Made by a program: the position numbers and the translations under genes
Notes under the pieces: generated by a model
What the model was told of the DNA's origin: nothing
What the model saw: the letters and a program-made list of their open reading frames with translations, nothing else
The model's database searches: none
Assembly: GCA_019058315.1 (NCBI GenBank)
Contig: JAHPZH010000004.1
Span: forward strand, 64,001-128,000
DNA from: Candidatus Helarchaeota archaeon
Lineage (GTDB): Archaea; Asgardarchaeota; Lokiarchaeia; Helarchaeales; RDOG01
Direction: 5' to 3'
Length of the DNA: 64,000 nt
In this document: positions 50,540 through 60,060 of the stretch, piece by piece
Layout of the letters: every line of letters starts with the position of its first letter
Position numbering within the stretch: the stretch's first letter is position 1

Positions 50540-50605
50540 AGTCCAAAATTAGGTCTAACAAGATATTGTTCTTAAACTATTTTTAAAACTTTTAGCTTTA
50601 TAAAA
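50540..50605. promoter_or_regulatory. Putative promoter: two 12-bp-spaced RGTHYAA boxes plus CTTTATAAAA
   Basis: Same architecture and spacing as 57849-57914. Confidence 0.5.
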
Positions 50606-50664
50606 TCTATGTGATATAAATAATCATAATAAAGAATACGTTAAAAATATCAAGGTTTTAAAAA

Positions 50665-51003
50665 ATGAAAATAGAGAAAAACGAGAAAATAGAGAAAACG
50701 GGGAAAATAGAGAAAATAGAGAAAATAACTCTCACGAAAATTTTTAGTTTGGACTTAAAAGATCCAATAATTGTAGAGATGAAAGAAAATAATAAAAAAG
50801 ATAGAAGATTTTCTCTTTTTTATAAACCCCTTAAAATTTATGCATTTGGGTCCACCATAGATATGTGTTTAAAAGATTTTCAAGAACAGCTATATTTATT
50901 ATATAAAGTATATACAACAAGAGGAGATCAAGATTTAAAAAGGGGAAGTAGAATACAAAAAAATAAATTCTTAAATATGGTAAATATCACTTCAAGTGCT
51001 TAG
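50665..51003 (+). CDS. Small protein with KIE repeats and HicB-like segment
   Basis: 9-nt AAAATAGAG repeats at the 5' end; IYAFGST.D.C..DF.E.L. Confidence 0.5.
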   Translation: MKIEKNEKIEKTGKIEKIEKITLTKIFSLDLKDPIIVEMKENNKKDRRFSLFYKPLKIYAFGSTIDMCLKDFQEQLYLLYKVYTTRGDQDLKRGSRIQKNKFLNMVNITSSA

Positions 51004-51187
51004 ATTAATTTTTCTTCTAAATAAAAATATCATTCTTTAATTATCCAATTTCTAATTTTTTATTATTTATTTAATAAATACAATTTAAATAAACGTAAAT
51101 TGTAATCAAACTAATTTTTTTAAGAAATTTTTTAATTCTTTTAAATTACATTAATTTGTTTTAAATATTTTTAAAATTCTATAAGCT

Positions 51188-52642
51188 ATGATTAGGGGTA
51201 AGTTGTTTATGCCGGAAGATAAGAATTCAATAATTAAAAGGATAAGGGATGTATGTGAAAAAAAAAGAAAAGAATTTATAGAAATATTTACTAAATTTAT
51301 AGAAACACCTTCAATATCTGCTTGGAAAGAGCCAGAAACGCTTTATAAAATTGTTGAAAAAGCAAAAACTTTATTAAAATCATGTGCTGTATCTACAATT
51401 ATCCATGATGAATATGATTCCAATTATCCATTGTTAACCGGTGAAACCAATTCTTCTGAGGCCACAAAATCAAAAAAAATCTTTTTTTTAGGTCATTTAG
51501 ACGTCCAACCTCCTGGCGAAATTGAAAAATGGACAAAACTTTCAGATCCTTTTAAGCCCCTACAAAAAGAAGGCAAACTATATGGGAGAGGTAGTTTGGA
51601 TACAAAATCACAAATTTCTGCACAAATTATTGCGCTTAAGATTCTAAATGAATTAAAAATCAAGATTAAAGCGCTTGATTTCTTGTATACTACCGATGAG
51701 GAAATTGGTTCATTAAAATCAACGTTAAAATTTTTTGAGAAATTATCAAAAAATAAATTCGATACAAATGATTATCATGGTGCAATTAACGGAGAAAATA
51801 CAAATGAACGTATTGTTTTAGGCTGCAAAGGAATCATTAAATTGAAATTTATTGCAAAAAACCCTCTTGGAAGGATGCATTCAGGAAAATCAATGTTTCA
51901 CGCTTATCATCCAATCATAAATTTAGCAGAATTTCTCTCTAAAATACGGAATGAAAATAAAATTCTTATTGAGAAATTAAATTTATTGAATCCAAAAATT
52001 AGAATTATCAAGGATAAAGATTTAGTAAATAAAAAATATGAAAATACTAATGAAATACTGCTTTCTGAAAACGGGTTAAAGTTAGCTGTAGGTTCAAAAT
52101 TATGGGATGATTTTATCTCTGCTGGATGGAGTACTGAACAGATCGGAGAGAAATTTGCGTCAATTAGCTTTAATCCTGATAATTTTCTATCCGGAAGCAA
52201 GGAAAGTCAAACTATAGTTCCAGACGAAGCTATATCCGAGGTAGATATACGAATTCCACCTAAAATAGCCCCAACCAAAATAATAGAAATATTAAAACAA
52301 ATAACTGACCAATTTCCTTATATTACTATGGAAATTATTATGCCAAATTCTTCTGATATTAATAAATATTTTCAAGGTGCATTCACATCTCCAGCAAATC
52401 CCTTTGTTCAAAAATTCTACCAGAATTGTATGTTTGTATATGATCAGCCTAGAATTTTTATGCCATTTAGCTCAGGTACAAGTGATGACCGATTTATAGA
52501 AGTATTAGGGCTCCCACACGTGAAGTTTGGTGCTACAGGTCAAAATAACCATGGATACGATGAATGGGTTGATTTATCAAGTTTTTTTCGTGTTATTCAA
52601 GTTTACACGTTAATGATGGCAGATTTAGAATTAGATCAATAA
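51188..52642 (+). CDS. M20-family metallopeptidase/amidohydrolase
   Basis: GHLDVQP, LYGRG..D.K, DEEIGS, HSG, D.R, HG.DE (start may be ATG 51209). Confidence 0.88.
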   Translation: MIRGKLFMPEDKNSIIKRIRDVCEKKRKEFIEIFTKFIETPSISAWKEPETLYKIVEKAKTLLKSCAVSTIIHDEYDSNYPLLTGETNSSEATKSKKIFFLGHLDVQPPGEIEKWTKLSDPFKPLQKEGKLYGRGSLDTKSQISAQIIALKILNELKIKIKALDFLYTTDEEIGSLKSTLKFFEKLSKNKFDTNDYHGAINGENTNERIVLGCKGIIKLKFIAKNPLGRMHSGKSMFHAYHPIINLAEFLSKIRNENKILIEKLNLLNPKIRIIKDKDLVNKKYENTNEILLSENGLKLAVGSKLWDDFISAGWSTEQIGEKFASISFNPDNFLSGSKESQTIVPDEAISEVDIRIPPKIAPTKIIEILKQITDQFPYITMEIIMPNSSDINKYFQGAFTSPANPFVQKFYQNCMFVYDQPRIFMPFSSGTSDDRFIEVLGLPHVKFGATGQNNHGYDEWVDLSSFFRVIQVYTLMMADLELDQ

Positions 52643-52671
52643 GGATAAAATAACTAATCCTAAAGATTAAC

Positions 52672-54054
52672 TTAATTAGTTTTATTAATAGGTAAATATT
52701 TGTCCCATTGATTAAATGACAGTATTTCATCATATTTATTACAAATTATATTAAAAATCTGACATGTTGCACAAAATATATCGACTATATCTTCATCGTT
52801 TAAATCAAGAATTTTGAGAATTTCAGGAGAGATCCCCCAAGCTCTTTCAAAGTCAACTCCCCAATCACCACATATATTTACAACAAATTCATCCTTTGTA
52901 AATTTGCCTGTATGAGGAGCTTTTGCTATACGTATACTTCCTCCCACTGGAACAATATTTCCATCTTCTTGAACTACATTAATTCGGAGATCAAATGTCC
53001 TCTTTGAATTTTTCCAATTAATTAATTTGAATTGAGCCATTTCCTGGATAGTATATGGAAAAGGATTTCGTGATGTATTAAATTTTTGATGAAAATCAGA
53101 AATTGAATCTTCAATTATTTTTGGAATTTGTTGGATAGGGGTATTTGTAATAAAAGGTTTAATTCCAGCACCACCTGAACCTCCAAATGGTTTTAAAACA
53201 AAATTCTTATTCATATTGTTAATCGATTTCATTATTTCTTCAAGTTTGTTTTTAGAAAACACTCTTGCAAATATAAGGGGGTGAATTCGATATTTTTCTA
53301 AAATATCGTATCCCATGTATATGGCTACATATGTACTTGCCTTATCATCAGTCACAGGATAAATTGGATTAATAATTTTAGTTTTAATGCCTCTCCAATT
53401 GTCCTTTTGAAAATCTTTATCAGGGAATCTTCTTACAATACCATCTCCGATAAGAACATGTATTTTATCATCTAAAAACGTAAAATATTGATTTTTATAA
53501 TCCAAAAATTCAAATAAATTTTGATAATTAGAATAAATTAAGATAATATCATCAATACTTTTTTGTGGGTTATTATAATTGAAAATATTATATATTCCTA
53601 CTCTAATTCCCTCTTTCTTATACATATATCTCAAATACTCGCCTAACATAATTTTTTCTTGATAAAGGTCGTCTTTAGGTAAGGTTCCTATGAGTACTCT
53701 TTTCTGCTTAACACCATTAATATTGTCTATTGCACTCTTAAAGGCATTAAAAATCATTTCTATCTGATCAAATGTAGTAGCGAAGAGTCCTCTTGTGGAA
53801 CCTCCATTAGTTTCTAAAATTACGAATTTCCTTTGATTATTATGTTCTGTAACCATAAAATCGACAGAGCCTACATAGAATAATCTTTTATCAGGAAGTC
53901 TCGGCCAATTGCCCATTTTTTTTAGAGCTTTTTCACGAATCTGATCTACAAACTTATTATCTTGCTTTTGTCGTGTTGGTTCTAATGAGGTTAAATCTTT
54001 ATCAAAATATTTAGATAAATGAATGATACGATCTAATTCGTTTTTTAAATTCAT
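52672..54054 (-). CDS. Circularly permuted ATP-grasp ligase-like protein
   Basis: N-terminal SVDF...ILETN; later DK, VLKP.GGSGG.GI, IQE, FDLR, VVN. Confidence 0.7.
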   Translation of the reverse strand: MNLKNELDRIIHLSKYFDKDLTSLEPTRQKQDNKFVDQIREKALKKMGNWPRLPDKRLFYVGSVDFMVTEHNNQRKFVILETNGGSTRGLFATTFDQIEMIFNAFKSAIDNINGVKQKRVLIGTLPKDDLYQEKIMLGEYLRYMYKKEGIRVGIYNIFNYNNPQKSIDDIILIYSNYQNLFEFLDYKNQYFTFLDDKIHVLIGDGIVRRFPDKDFQKDNWRGIKTKIINPIYPVTDDKASTYVAIYMGYDILEKYRIHPLIFARVFSKNKLEEIMKSINNMNKNFVLKPFGGSGGAGIKPFITNTPIQQIPKIIEDSISDFHQKFNTSRNPFPYTIQEMAQFKLINWKNSKRTFDLRINVVQEDGNIVPVGGSIRIAKAPHTGKFTKDEFVVNICGDWGVDFERAWGISPEILKILDLNDEDIVDIFCATCQIFNIICNKYDEILSFNQWDKYLPINKTN

Positions 54055-54096
54055 AAACCCACCATTTTTATTAGATTTTAAGGACCAAAAAATATT

Positions 54097-55305
54097 CTAA
54101 ATTTTTAAGACGTATTGAGGGATTAAACGTGCTAAAATATCGGCCATACCTAGCTCAACAGTCTTTAAGACAACACCCTTGCCTCGATAATCAAATTCCA
54201 TCTCTCGCACTTCGGAACAAATTTTGCTACCAACATCATTTGCCATATCTAAGATAAAATATCGTTCTCCTTTAATCTGAATTACTTCAACTACATTAAC
54301 AACGTCTGAAAATGAATAACCCCCACCATGAGGTGCAATATTAAGATTTTTCAGTCTATTTAAGACCCCTATTTTTTCTGCTCGTTTTTCAAATCCCAAT
54401 AGTTCGATTATTTCATCATCTAAATTTGGTTTACCCGTCATTAAAAATGCTGGTAAATCAGCTCTTAATGCTATAGGAAAGGGACTTGAATTTGCATCAC
54501 TAATATCATGGGCACCAAGCATTAATTCATTATAATTTAAAAGACCTTGATGTGTAATATTATTAATTATTTTATATTTTCCAAAAATTGCTTCTGCAGC
54601 CAATTTTCTTTTTTCTTTAGCGAACCATTCAGCATATTTATAAAAATTATAATATTCTTTAACATCTGAATCGATTAAAACATGTAATTTTCCAAAAATT
54701 GTTTTAACTATTTTTGCTCGTTCTCGGAGAGCTTCACTTTTATCAAAGTATAATCCTATTCCCTTCTCTGTTTCATTACGTAGTTCTGATACCGATCCAT
54801 GCATAATAAATGCATATTCTGGTAAATCTACATCTAGGGAGCGTTTAACAACCTTAAATAAGTCAATAAAATGATTCCCCTTATACATATCCCATTCAAT
54901 TTTAAAATTATCTATATATAAATCTTTTTTAACTTCATGAATTGCTTCAATTAATTCAGAGGGCTTTGGAAGTTCCTCTAAAGCTCCAACTAACATCCCA
55001 CAAGCATTAGGTTTACTGTCTAAAATTATAAATTTATCCTTTCCAGAACCCCAAGATAGTTTTCCTCCATAGCCAAATCCCGCTTTCCAACGTGCAGTAT
55101 TTCGGGTTATAGTTTCGTCAGGAGTTGAAACGAAAGTGGCGTGTGGTGAAAAACCAAATTCTTCTTGTGCCAAATGAATTTTTGCCAAGCCATACTTCAT
55201 GTTCGCTCGGCATAAATAAGAAGCTCCATCACCTACTCCAGTAGAAAAATAATGTCTTTTTGCCCGTTTTAATAATTCAGTCTTCTCTAAACTTACAAGT
55301 GTCAT
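54097..55305 (-). CDS. Divergent RtcB-family (GTP-dependent RNA ligase-like) protein
   Basis: PD...G.GYGG, NACG, GNHF, HGS, THQ, GAH, HGGG, C-terminal ARL.P..VLK. Confidence 0.75.
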   Translation of the reverse strand: MTLVSLEKTELLKRAKRHYFSTGVGDGASYLCRANMKYGLAKIHLAQEEFGFSPHATFVSTPDETITRNTARWKAGFGYGGKLSWGSGKDKFIILDSKPNACGMLVGALEELPKPSELIEAIHEVKKDLYIDNFKIEWDMYKGNHFIDLFKVVKRSLDVDLPEYAFIMHGSVSELRNETEKGIGLYFDKSEALRERAKIVKTIFGKLHVLIDSDVKEYYNFYKYAEWFAKEKRKLAAEAIFGKYKIINNITHQGLLNYNELMLGAHDISDANSSPFPIALRADLPAFLMTGKPNLDDEIIELLGFEKRAEKIGVLNRLKNLNIAPHGGGYSFSDVVNVVEVIQIKGERYFILDMANDVGSKICSEVREMEFDYRGKGVVLKTVELGMADILARLIPQYVLKI

Positions 55306-55329
55306 ATAAAGATCTATCCTTTTGAATAT

Positions 55330-55911
55330 TTAAAAAATTTCCAATTGATTCTTAAGCTCTATTAAATAATTTTTAATAATTTTTGAATTTAATTCCACAA
55401 ATTTCTTAGCTTTATTACTATAAAAATTTGGAATTTCGTTAATACGCCATTCTAACTTTTTAATCATACAATCAAAATCTTTTTTTCGTAAGGCACAAGA
55501 TAACAAGGCTCTCATCAATCCTATAGGACCGAAAAGATCCATACCATCTGCATCATATAAGACTTTTGCTTCCAAACTTTCAGGTTTTTTTTCAGCATAT
55601 TGTCTACTATGGCATAAAATACAGTCTGTAATTTTTTTTATTGTATTTTTGTCAATTCCTTTCGATAATAATATTTTTTCAGTCATTTCGGCACTAATTA
55701 CATTATGCTTAGTACGATCAATCTTATGTCCAATATCATGTAACAATATGGAACATTGAATTATATCCCAGTCAGCATTAACTTCTTTATTTATCATCAA
55801 AGCATATTTTAATAATCTTTCAATATGCGGCCATCCATGTAAGATATCTTTCGGCATATTTTCTATTGCAAACTTTTTGACTTCTGGAATTAATTTATTT
55901 ATATTAATCAT
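55330..55911 (-). CDS. HD-domain phosphohydrolase
   Basis: HGW.H..R, LLHDIGH, H, H, EAKVL.DAD..D..G. Confidence 0.88.
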   Translation of the reverse strand: MININKLIPEVKKFAIENMPKDILHGWPHIERLLKYALMINKEVNADWDIIQCSILLHDIGHKIDRTKHNVISAEMTEKILLSKGIDKNTIKKITDCILCHSRQYAEKKPESLEAKVLYDADGMDLFGPIGLMRALLSCALRKKDFDCMIKKLEWRINEIPNFYSNKAKKFVELNSKIIKNYLIELKNQLEIF

Positions 55912-55921
55912 CGTGATTTTA

Positions 55922-57535
55922 CTAATTTAAATTAATCCAATATTGACCCATTAATTGCGAAGAATTTGTTTTTACAAGTACTTTATTGACTTCTACAAGT
56001 CCATCTTCATAACAATCAATGACATTATATGTGTTCAGATCCATATCCAAATAATCTCTAGAAGATAAAGTGCCACAAGTTGAAAATACTGTATCTTCCA
56101 ATTGAATTGAAAAAGAGATATGATTATGACCTGTAAGAATAAAATGAATATTATTTTCTGGTTCTGTAAAAAATTTTATTACATTTCCTGCATCACTTAA
56201 CATATAATTAAATTTGGTTTTTGGATGGGGAATTAAATTATGATATAAAGCTACGATATTAATTTTATTTTTGGGTTTTTCTTTGAATATTTTAATTACT
56301 TCATTCATTCTTTTTCTACCTATAATCCCACTCTCAATTGCAGGATCTATAGAATTTATACCAGCAATTCTTATTTTATCATTCTCATAAAAAGGTTCTA
56401 AAGTTCCAATAAATTCTGGAAATAAATCCCAGCCGATCGTTTTTAAATCATTATCCCCTGGAATTATAATCTTATGTGCCATAATTTTATCTAATTCTGC
56501 TACAGCTTTCTTATATTCAACATATTGATTAGCATTAGTAACATCCCCCGTGTGAACAACAAGATCAGCATTTAATGTATTTATTTGTTTAACAGCCTTT
56601 TTATACATATCTTCTCTAAAATTGCCAGAAGAGAAATGTGTATTACCAATATGCGCTATTCTAAAATTTAATTTCTTATCAAATTTTGGGGGTGTTGGAT
56701 AAAAAACTCTATTTATATATCTTCCCCGTTTTATTCTCTCCCCATTAATTAATTTTTTAGTTCTAAATAACACTGCCTTTTCAAAAATATCTAAAATAGT
56801 ATAAGTAAATAATTCCTTATATCGGGTTTTATTGCAAGAAAATGTTCCGCCGTTAAACATCACCAATTCTTCTTCGCCATCTGAACATGAATAAACATTA
56901 GAAATATGTCGATGCCCATTTAATATTAGATCAATATTAGTTTCCAAAATCATTTTTAAAGCATCACCACTGTCAATTACAGCAGATCTTTCACGTCCAG
57001 TTAGCGGAATAGGCAATAAATGGTGGTGAAAACAAAAAATTCTAGTCTTATCGGAATTATTTAAAAATTGTTCTCGAGTTTTTTCAATAGCCCTCCTACC
57101 AATTTTTCCAGAATCTTGATCCGGGATAGAACTATCAATTCCTATTATTAAAAGATCTTTTTCGTCAATTTTAAACGTCCTGGAATCAAAAAATTCTTCA
57201 AAAAGCAAATAACCAACGTTCTTTGCGTCGTGATTCCCTGGGATACAAAAAAATATATCTTTATTGATTGGTTTTAATAATTCTAAAGCATATTGATAAT
57301 CTAAATAGGTTCCACCGTGTGTTAAGTCTCCTAAATGTATTATATAATCCACTTTTTTAATTTTATTTATTTCCTCAATACCTTTATTATATATCTCCAA
57401 ATTAAAAATAGGACTATTTGAAATATGTGAATCTGAAATTAAAATAATTCTTTTTGGTTTACCTTCTAATGGAACTGAATCTATTTTCTTCTTATAACGT
57501 GCATAATGGGGAAAATATTTAGTATTAATCTTCAT
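55922..57535 (-). CDS. Tandem calcineurin-like (Icc/CpdA-like) metallophosphoesterase
   Basis: Domain 1: SDSH/GD/GNHD/HHH..P...GRER/GHRH. Domain 2: NTH/GD/GDND/YHN/GHNH. Confidence 0.88.
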   Translation of the reverse strand: MKINTKYFPHYARYKKKIDSVPLEGKPKRIILISDSHISNSPIFNLEIYNKGIEEINKIKKVDYIIHLGDLTHGGTYLDYQYALELLKPINKDIFFCIPGNHDAKNVGYLLFEEFFDSRTFKIDEKDLLIIGIDSSIPDQDSGKIGRRAIEKTREQFLNNSDKTRIFCFHHHLLPIPLTGRERSAVIDSGDALKMILETNIDLILNGHRHISNVYSCSDGEEELVMFNGGTFSCNKTRYKELFTYTILDIFEKAVLFRTKKLINGERIKRGRYINRVFYPTPPKFDKKLNFRIAHIGNTHFSSGNFREDMYKKAVKQINTLNADLVVHTGDVTNANQYVEYKKAVAELDKIMAHKIIIPGDNDLKTIGWDLFPEFIGTLEPFYENDKIRIAGINSIDPAIESGIIGRKRMNEVIKIFKEKPKNKINIVALYHNLIPHPKTKFNYMLSDAGNVIKFFTEPENNIHFILTGHNHISFSIQLEDTVFSTCGTLSSRDYLDMDLNTYNVIDCYEDGLVEVNKVLVKTNSSQLMGQYWINLN

Positions 57536-57848
57536 TTTTCTAAGTAGTAATTTTGATTATTTTAAGGTAATTAAGAATTATTTTATATAAATTAATTGCT
57601 AATAACTCTCTTAAATTTTATTTCTGAAAATAAAATTTCAAAAAATTGTTAATTTAAATTAGGTACAATTAAAGGTTCCTTTAATTAAATGAAATATTTG
57701 AATAGATTTTCTCATTTAACGTTAAAATTTTGTGTTCATCTCAGTTGAATTAAAAATCTATTTTATTAAATATGGATCATACTTTTAAGTTATTCTAACA
57801 TTTTATTAATAGTCTAACTATTATCTGTTAAAATGTCAAAGCTTATTC

Positions 57849-57914
57849 AGTACAAAAATAAGTCCAAAAATCAGATTATTTTAAACTTATTTTTAAACTA
57901 TTTACTTTATAAAA
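57849..57914. promoter_or_regulatory. Putative promoter homologous to 50540-50605
   Basis: AGTACAA and AGTCCAA 12 bp apart; CTTTATAAAA 44 nt after the start of box 2. Confidence 0.5.
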
Positions 57915-57960
57915 AAATCGTTATTTTTAACACATAAGTAAAAATGGAGTAGAAAAATAT

Positions 57961-58035
57961 ATGTCCAAGAAAAAAAAATCAAAAGGAAAATCTAAAAAAC
58001 AAGCGTCAAAGAACAAAAGTAAAGAAACTAAATAA
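57961..58035 (+). CDS. Putative 24-aa lysine-rich microprotein
   Basis: MSKKKKSKGKSKKQASKNKSKETK; GGAG at 57946-49; TATA-like box upstream. Confidence 0.4.
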   Translation: MSKKKKSKGKSKKQASKNKSKETK

Positions 58036-58298
58036 ATAGAAAATACAAAAACGGGATAAAACAAAAGAAAATATTTTTTTACCAAACCTTTTTCTTTATA
58101 TTTCAAAAATTTAACAAATAATAAATGGAAAATTCTTGTTTTTTGTTTATGCTTAAAAAAATAAGATAAAATACTTCCAAAATAAGAAAATTCTTTTTTG
58201 AACAAAATATTTTATTTCTAATTGATTTCTTTTATTAATCACAATTAGTTATATCAAAATTGAAGATTCTCTATAATTCTTATAAAGTGAGTTCCTAA

Positions 58299-59129
58299 AT
58301 GCCATTAGCCAGTGTAATTTTTTATTTTTCACAGCAAGGTAGTACTAAAAAAATTGCTGAAAAAATTGCAGAAGGTTTAAACCAAGGAGAAAACAGATGT
58401 GAGTTAGTAAGATTCACTAAGCTTACAAAAGATTTGGAAATGATTAAGAATTTCGATTTTTCAAAATATAGTCTAATTGGTTTTGGAACACCCGTTTATT
58501 ATTTTTACCCTCCACATCATCTATTCAAAGTTTTTGAGTCTCTACCTGATTTAAGTCATGTAAATGGTTTTCTTTTTTGTACTAGTGGGGGTAATCCTGG
58601 GGCTTGTTTGTATAAGATAAAAAATATTCTTGATAAAAAAGGATTTAAAATAATTGATGGCTATGATAAATGGATCGGACTCGATCAACACCGTTGTTAT
58701 AGTCATTTTAAAGAATCGGCACTTCCTTCAAGTTTGGGACATCCGAATCCAGGAGAACTTGCTGAGGCAAAAGAATTTGGTAAAAATTTAATTCATAAAA
58801 CCCTTGATCCAAATTCACCAGAAAAAAAGGATTTTTGGTCAAAAGATAATAAATGGGCAGAAGGGGGATGGAAGGGAAGATCCGAACCGTTTATGGAGAA
58901 ATGGTTCCCAGAATTTAAGCTGAATGAAGAAAAATGTACTCAATGTGGTAAATGTGCTGAATTATGTCCTGTTGATGCGATTGTTTTAGATCCATACCCT
59001 CAATGGGTGAAAGATTGTGATCGGTGTTATTTGTGTGATCTTTACTGCCCTGAGCAAGCAATTGAATGTGACTGGTCTAAACAATGTGCATTTATGGATA
59101 ATATATTAAAAAGAGCTAAAAAGAAATGA
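58299..59129 (+). CDS. EFR1-family flavodoxin-ferredoxin protein
   Basis: YFS..GST.K.A, GFGTPVY, FCT.GG; CxxCxxCxxxCP x2. Confidence 0.88.
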   Translation: MPLASVIFYFSQQGSTKKIAEKIAEGLNQGENRCELVRFTKLTKDLEMIKNFDFSKYSLIGFGTPVYYFYPPHHLFKVFESLPDLSHVNGFLFCTSGGNPGACLYKIKNILDKKGFKIIDGYDKWIGLDQHRCYSHFKESALPSSLGHPNPGELAEAKEFGKNLIHKTLDPNSPEKKDFWSKDNKWAEGGWKGRSEPFMEKWFPEFKLNEEKCTQCGKCAELCPVDAIVLDPYPQWVKDCDRCYLCDLYCPEQAIECDWSKQCAFMDNILKRAKKK

Positions 59130-59172
59130 AAAATTTAACCTCTATAAAATTTTGAAAATTTAAAACTAAATA

Positions 59173-60060
59173 TTATTGACCTGTATCAATATATTGCGTT
59201 TTAAATCCTTCTTCACTCCCATATATATTTAAATAAACGTCTTTAATAAATTCTTTCTTATATTTAAAAATTAGATTTGGATCATCTGTAAGTAAGACAA
59301 AATCCATTCTAATATGTGATAGAACATCACTAACATAGTATTCCGGGGAATAATTTAATAATTTTTCATATTTTTTACAAATTTCATCTAATTTTTGGAC
59401 GGTTTTAGCTGGGTTTTTTTTAGGAAGATCTAGAACAAACCAATATCTTGTAATTTCTTTTTTAAAGAAAATATCTTTAAATTTTTCCTTATCTGCAGTT
59501 TTTAGCATATCTTTTGTAATTGTAAAATTAATTATTTCAGCATTGATTATTGATAAATTAGAAATCATATGTACAGCTCCAGAAGGTCTTCTTAATTTCG
59601 TATAATTTAAACTCACTCCTTCAACAATTCCCTCTTGATTCATTATTTGTATAAGATCTCCTAATCTATAAGGTCTCGTGAATAATATGTATAAACCAGC
59701 AATAAAATTCTGTAAAATAGTAGTTGTTGAAAAAGCAATTATTGAACCTGTGATTGCCGAAATTAAAATTGCGACCTCTGGAGGAAGCCCTCCAGGTACT
59801 AAACTAGCTGATGCAGCAGTAAATAAAATAACTATAAAAATAATAATCGCCAAACGAAATATTATTTTTATACCATTATAAAGATGTAAAGAAAATTTCT
59901 TTCTTATTATAACTTTTTTAATAATGAATAGTATTATTGTAGAAATTATTAAAACTGCTACAACAATTATAGTGAAATATATCCAAGAAACCAAATAATC
60001 CCAAAATGTTGGAGGAGGAAAGATACGAACTGTAAAAAGTTGAGAGATCCATTCAAACAT
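59173..60060 (-). CDS. MscS-family mechanosensitive channel protein
   Basis: NFIAG......RPY..GD.I......G.V..V.L.YT. Confidence 0.8.
   Translation of the reverse strand: MFEWISQLFTVRIFPPPTFWDYLVSWIYFTIIVVAVLIISTIILFIIKKVIIRKKFSLHLYNGIKIIFRLAIIIFIVILFTAASASLVPGGLPPEVAILISAITGSIIAFSTTTILQNFIAGLYILFTRPYRLGDLIQIMNQEGIVEGVSLNYTKLRRPSGAVHMISNLSIINAEIINFTITKDMLKTADKEKFKDIFFKKEITRYWFVLDLPKKNPAKTVQKLDEICKKYEKLLNYSPEYYVSDVLSHIRMDFVLLTDDPNLIFKYKKEFIKDVYLNIYGSEEGFKTQYIDTGQ

Noticed and set aside
50668-50730. Short tandem repeats as a CRISPR array
   Set aside because: 9-nt units without spacers and no cas genes.
57927-58205. 92-aa minus-strand ORF
   Set aside because: F/L/K-rich translation of low-complexity A/T DNA with no SD; likely spurious.
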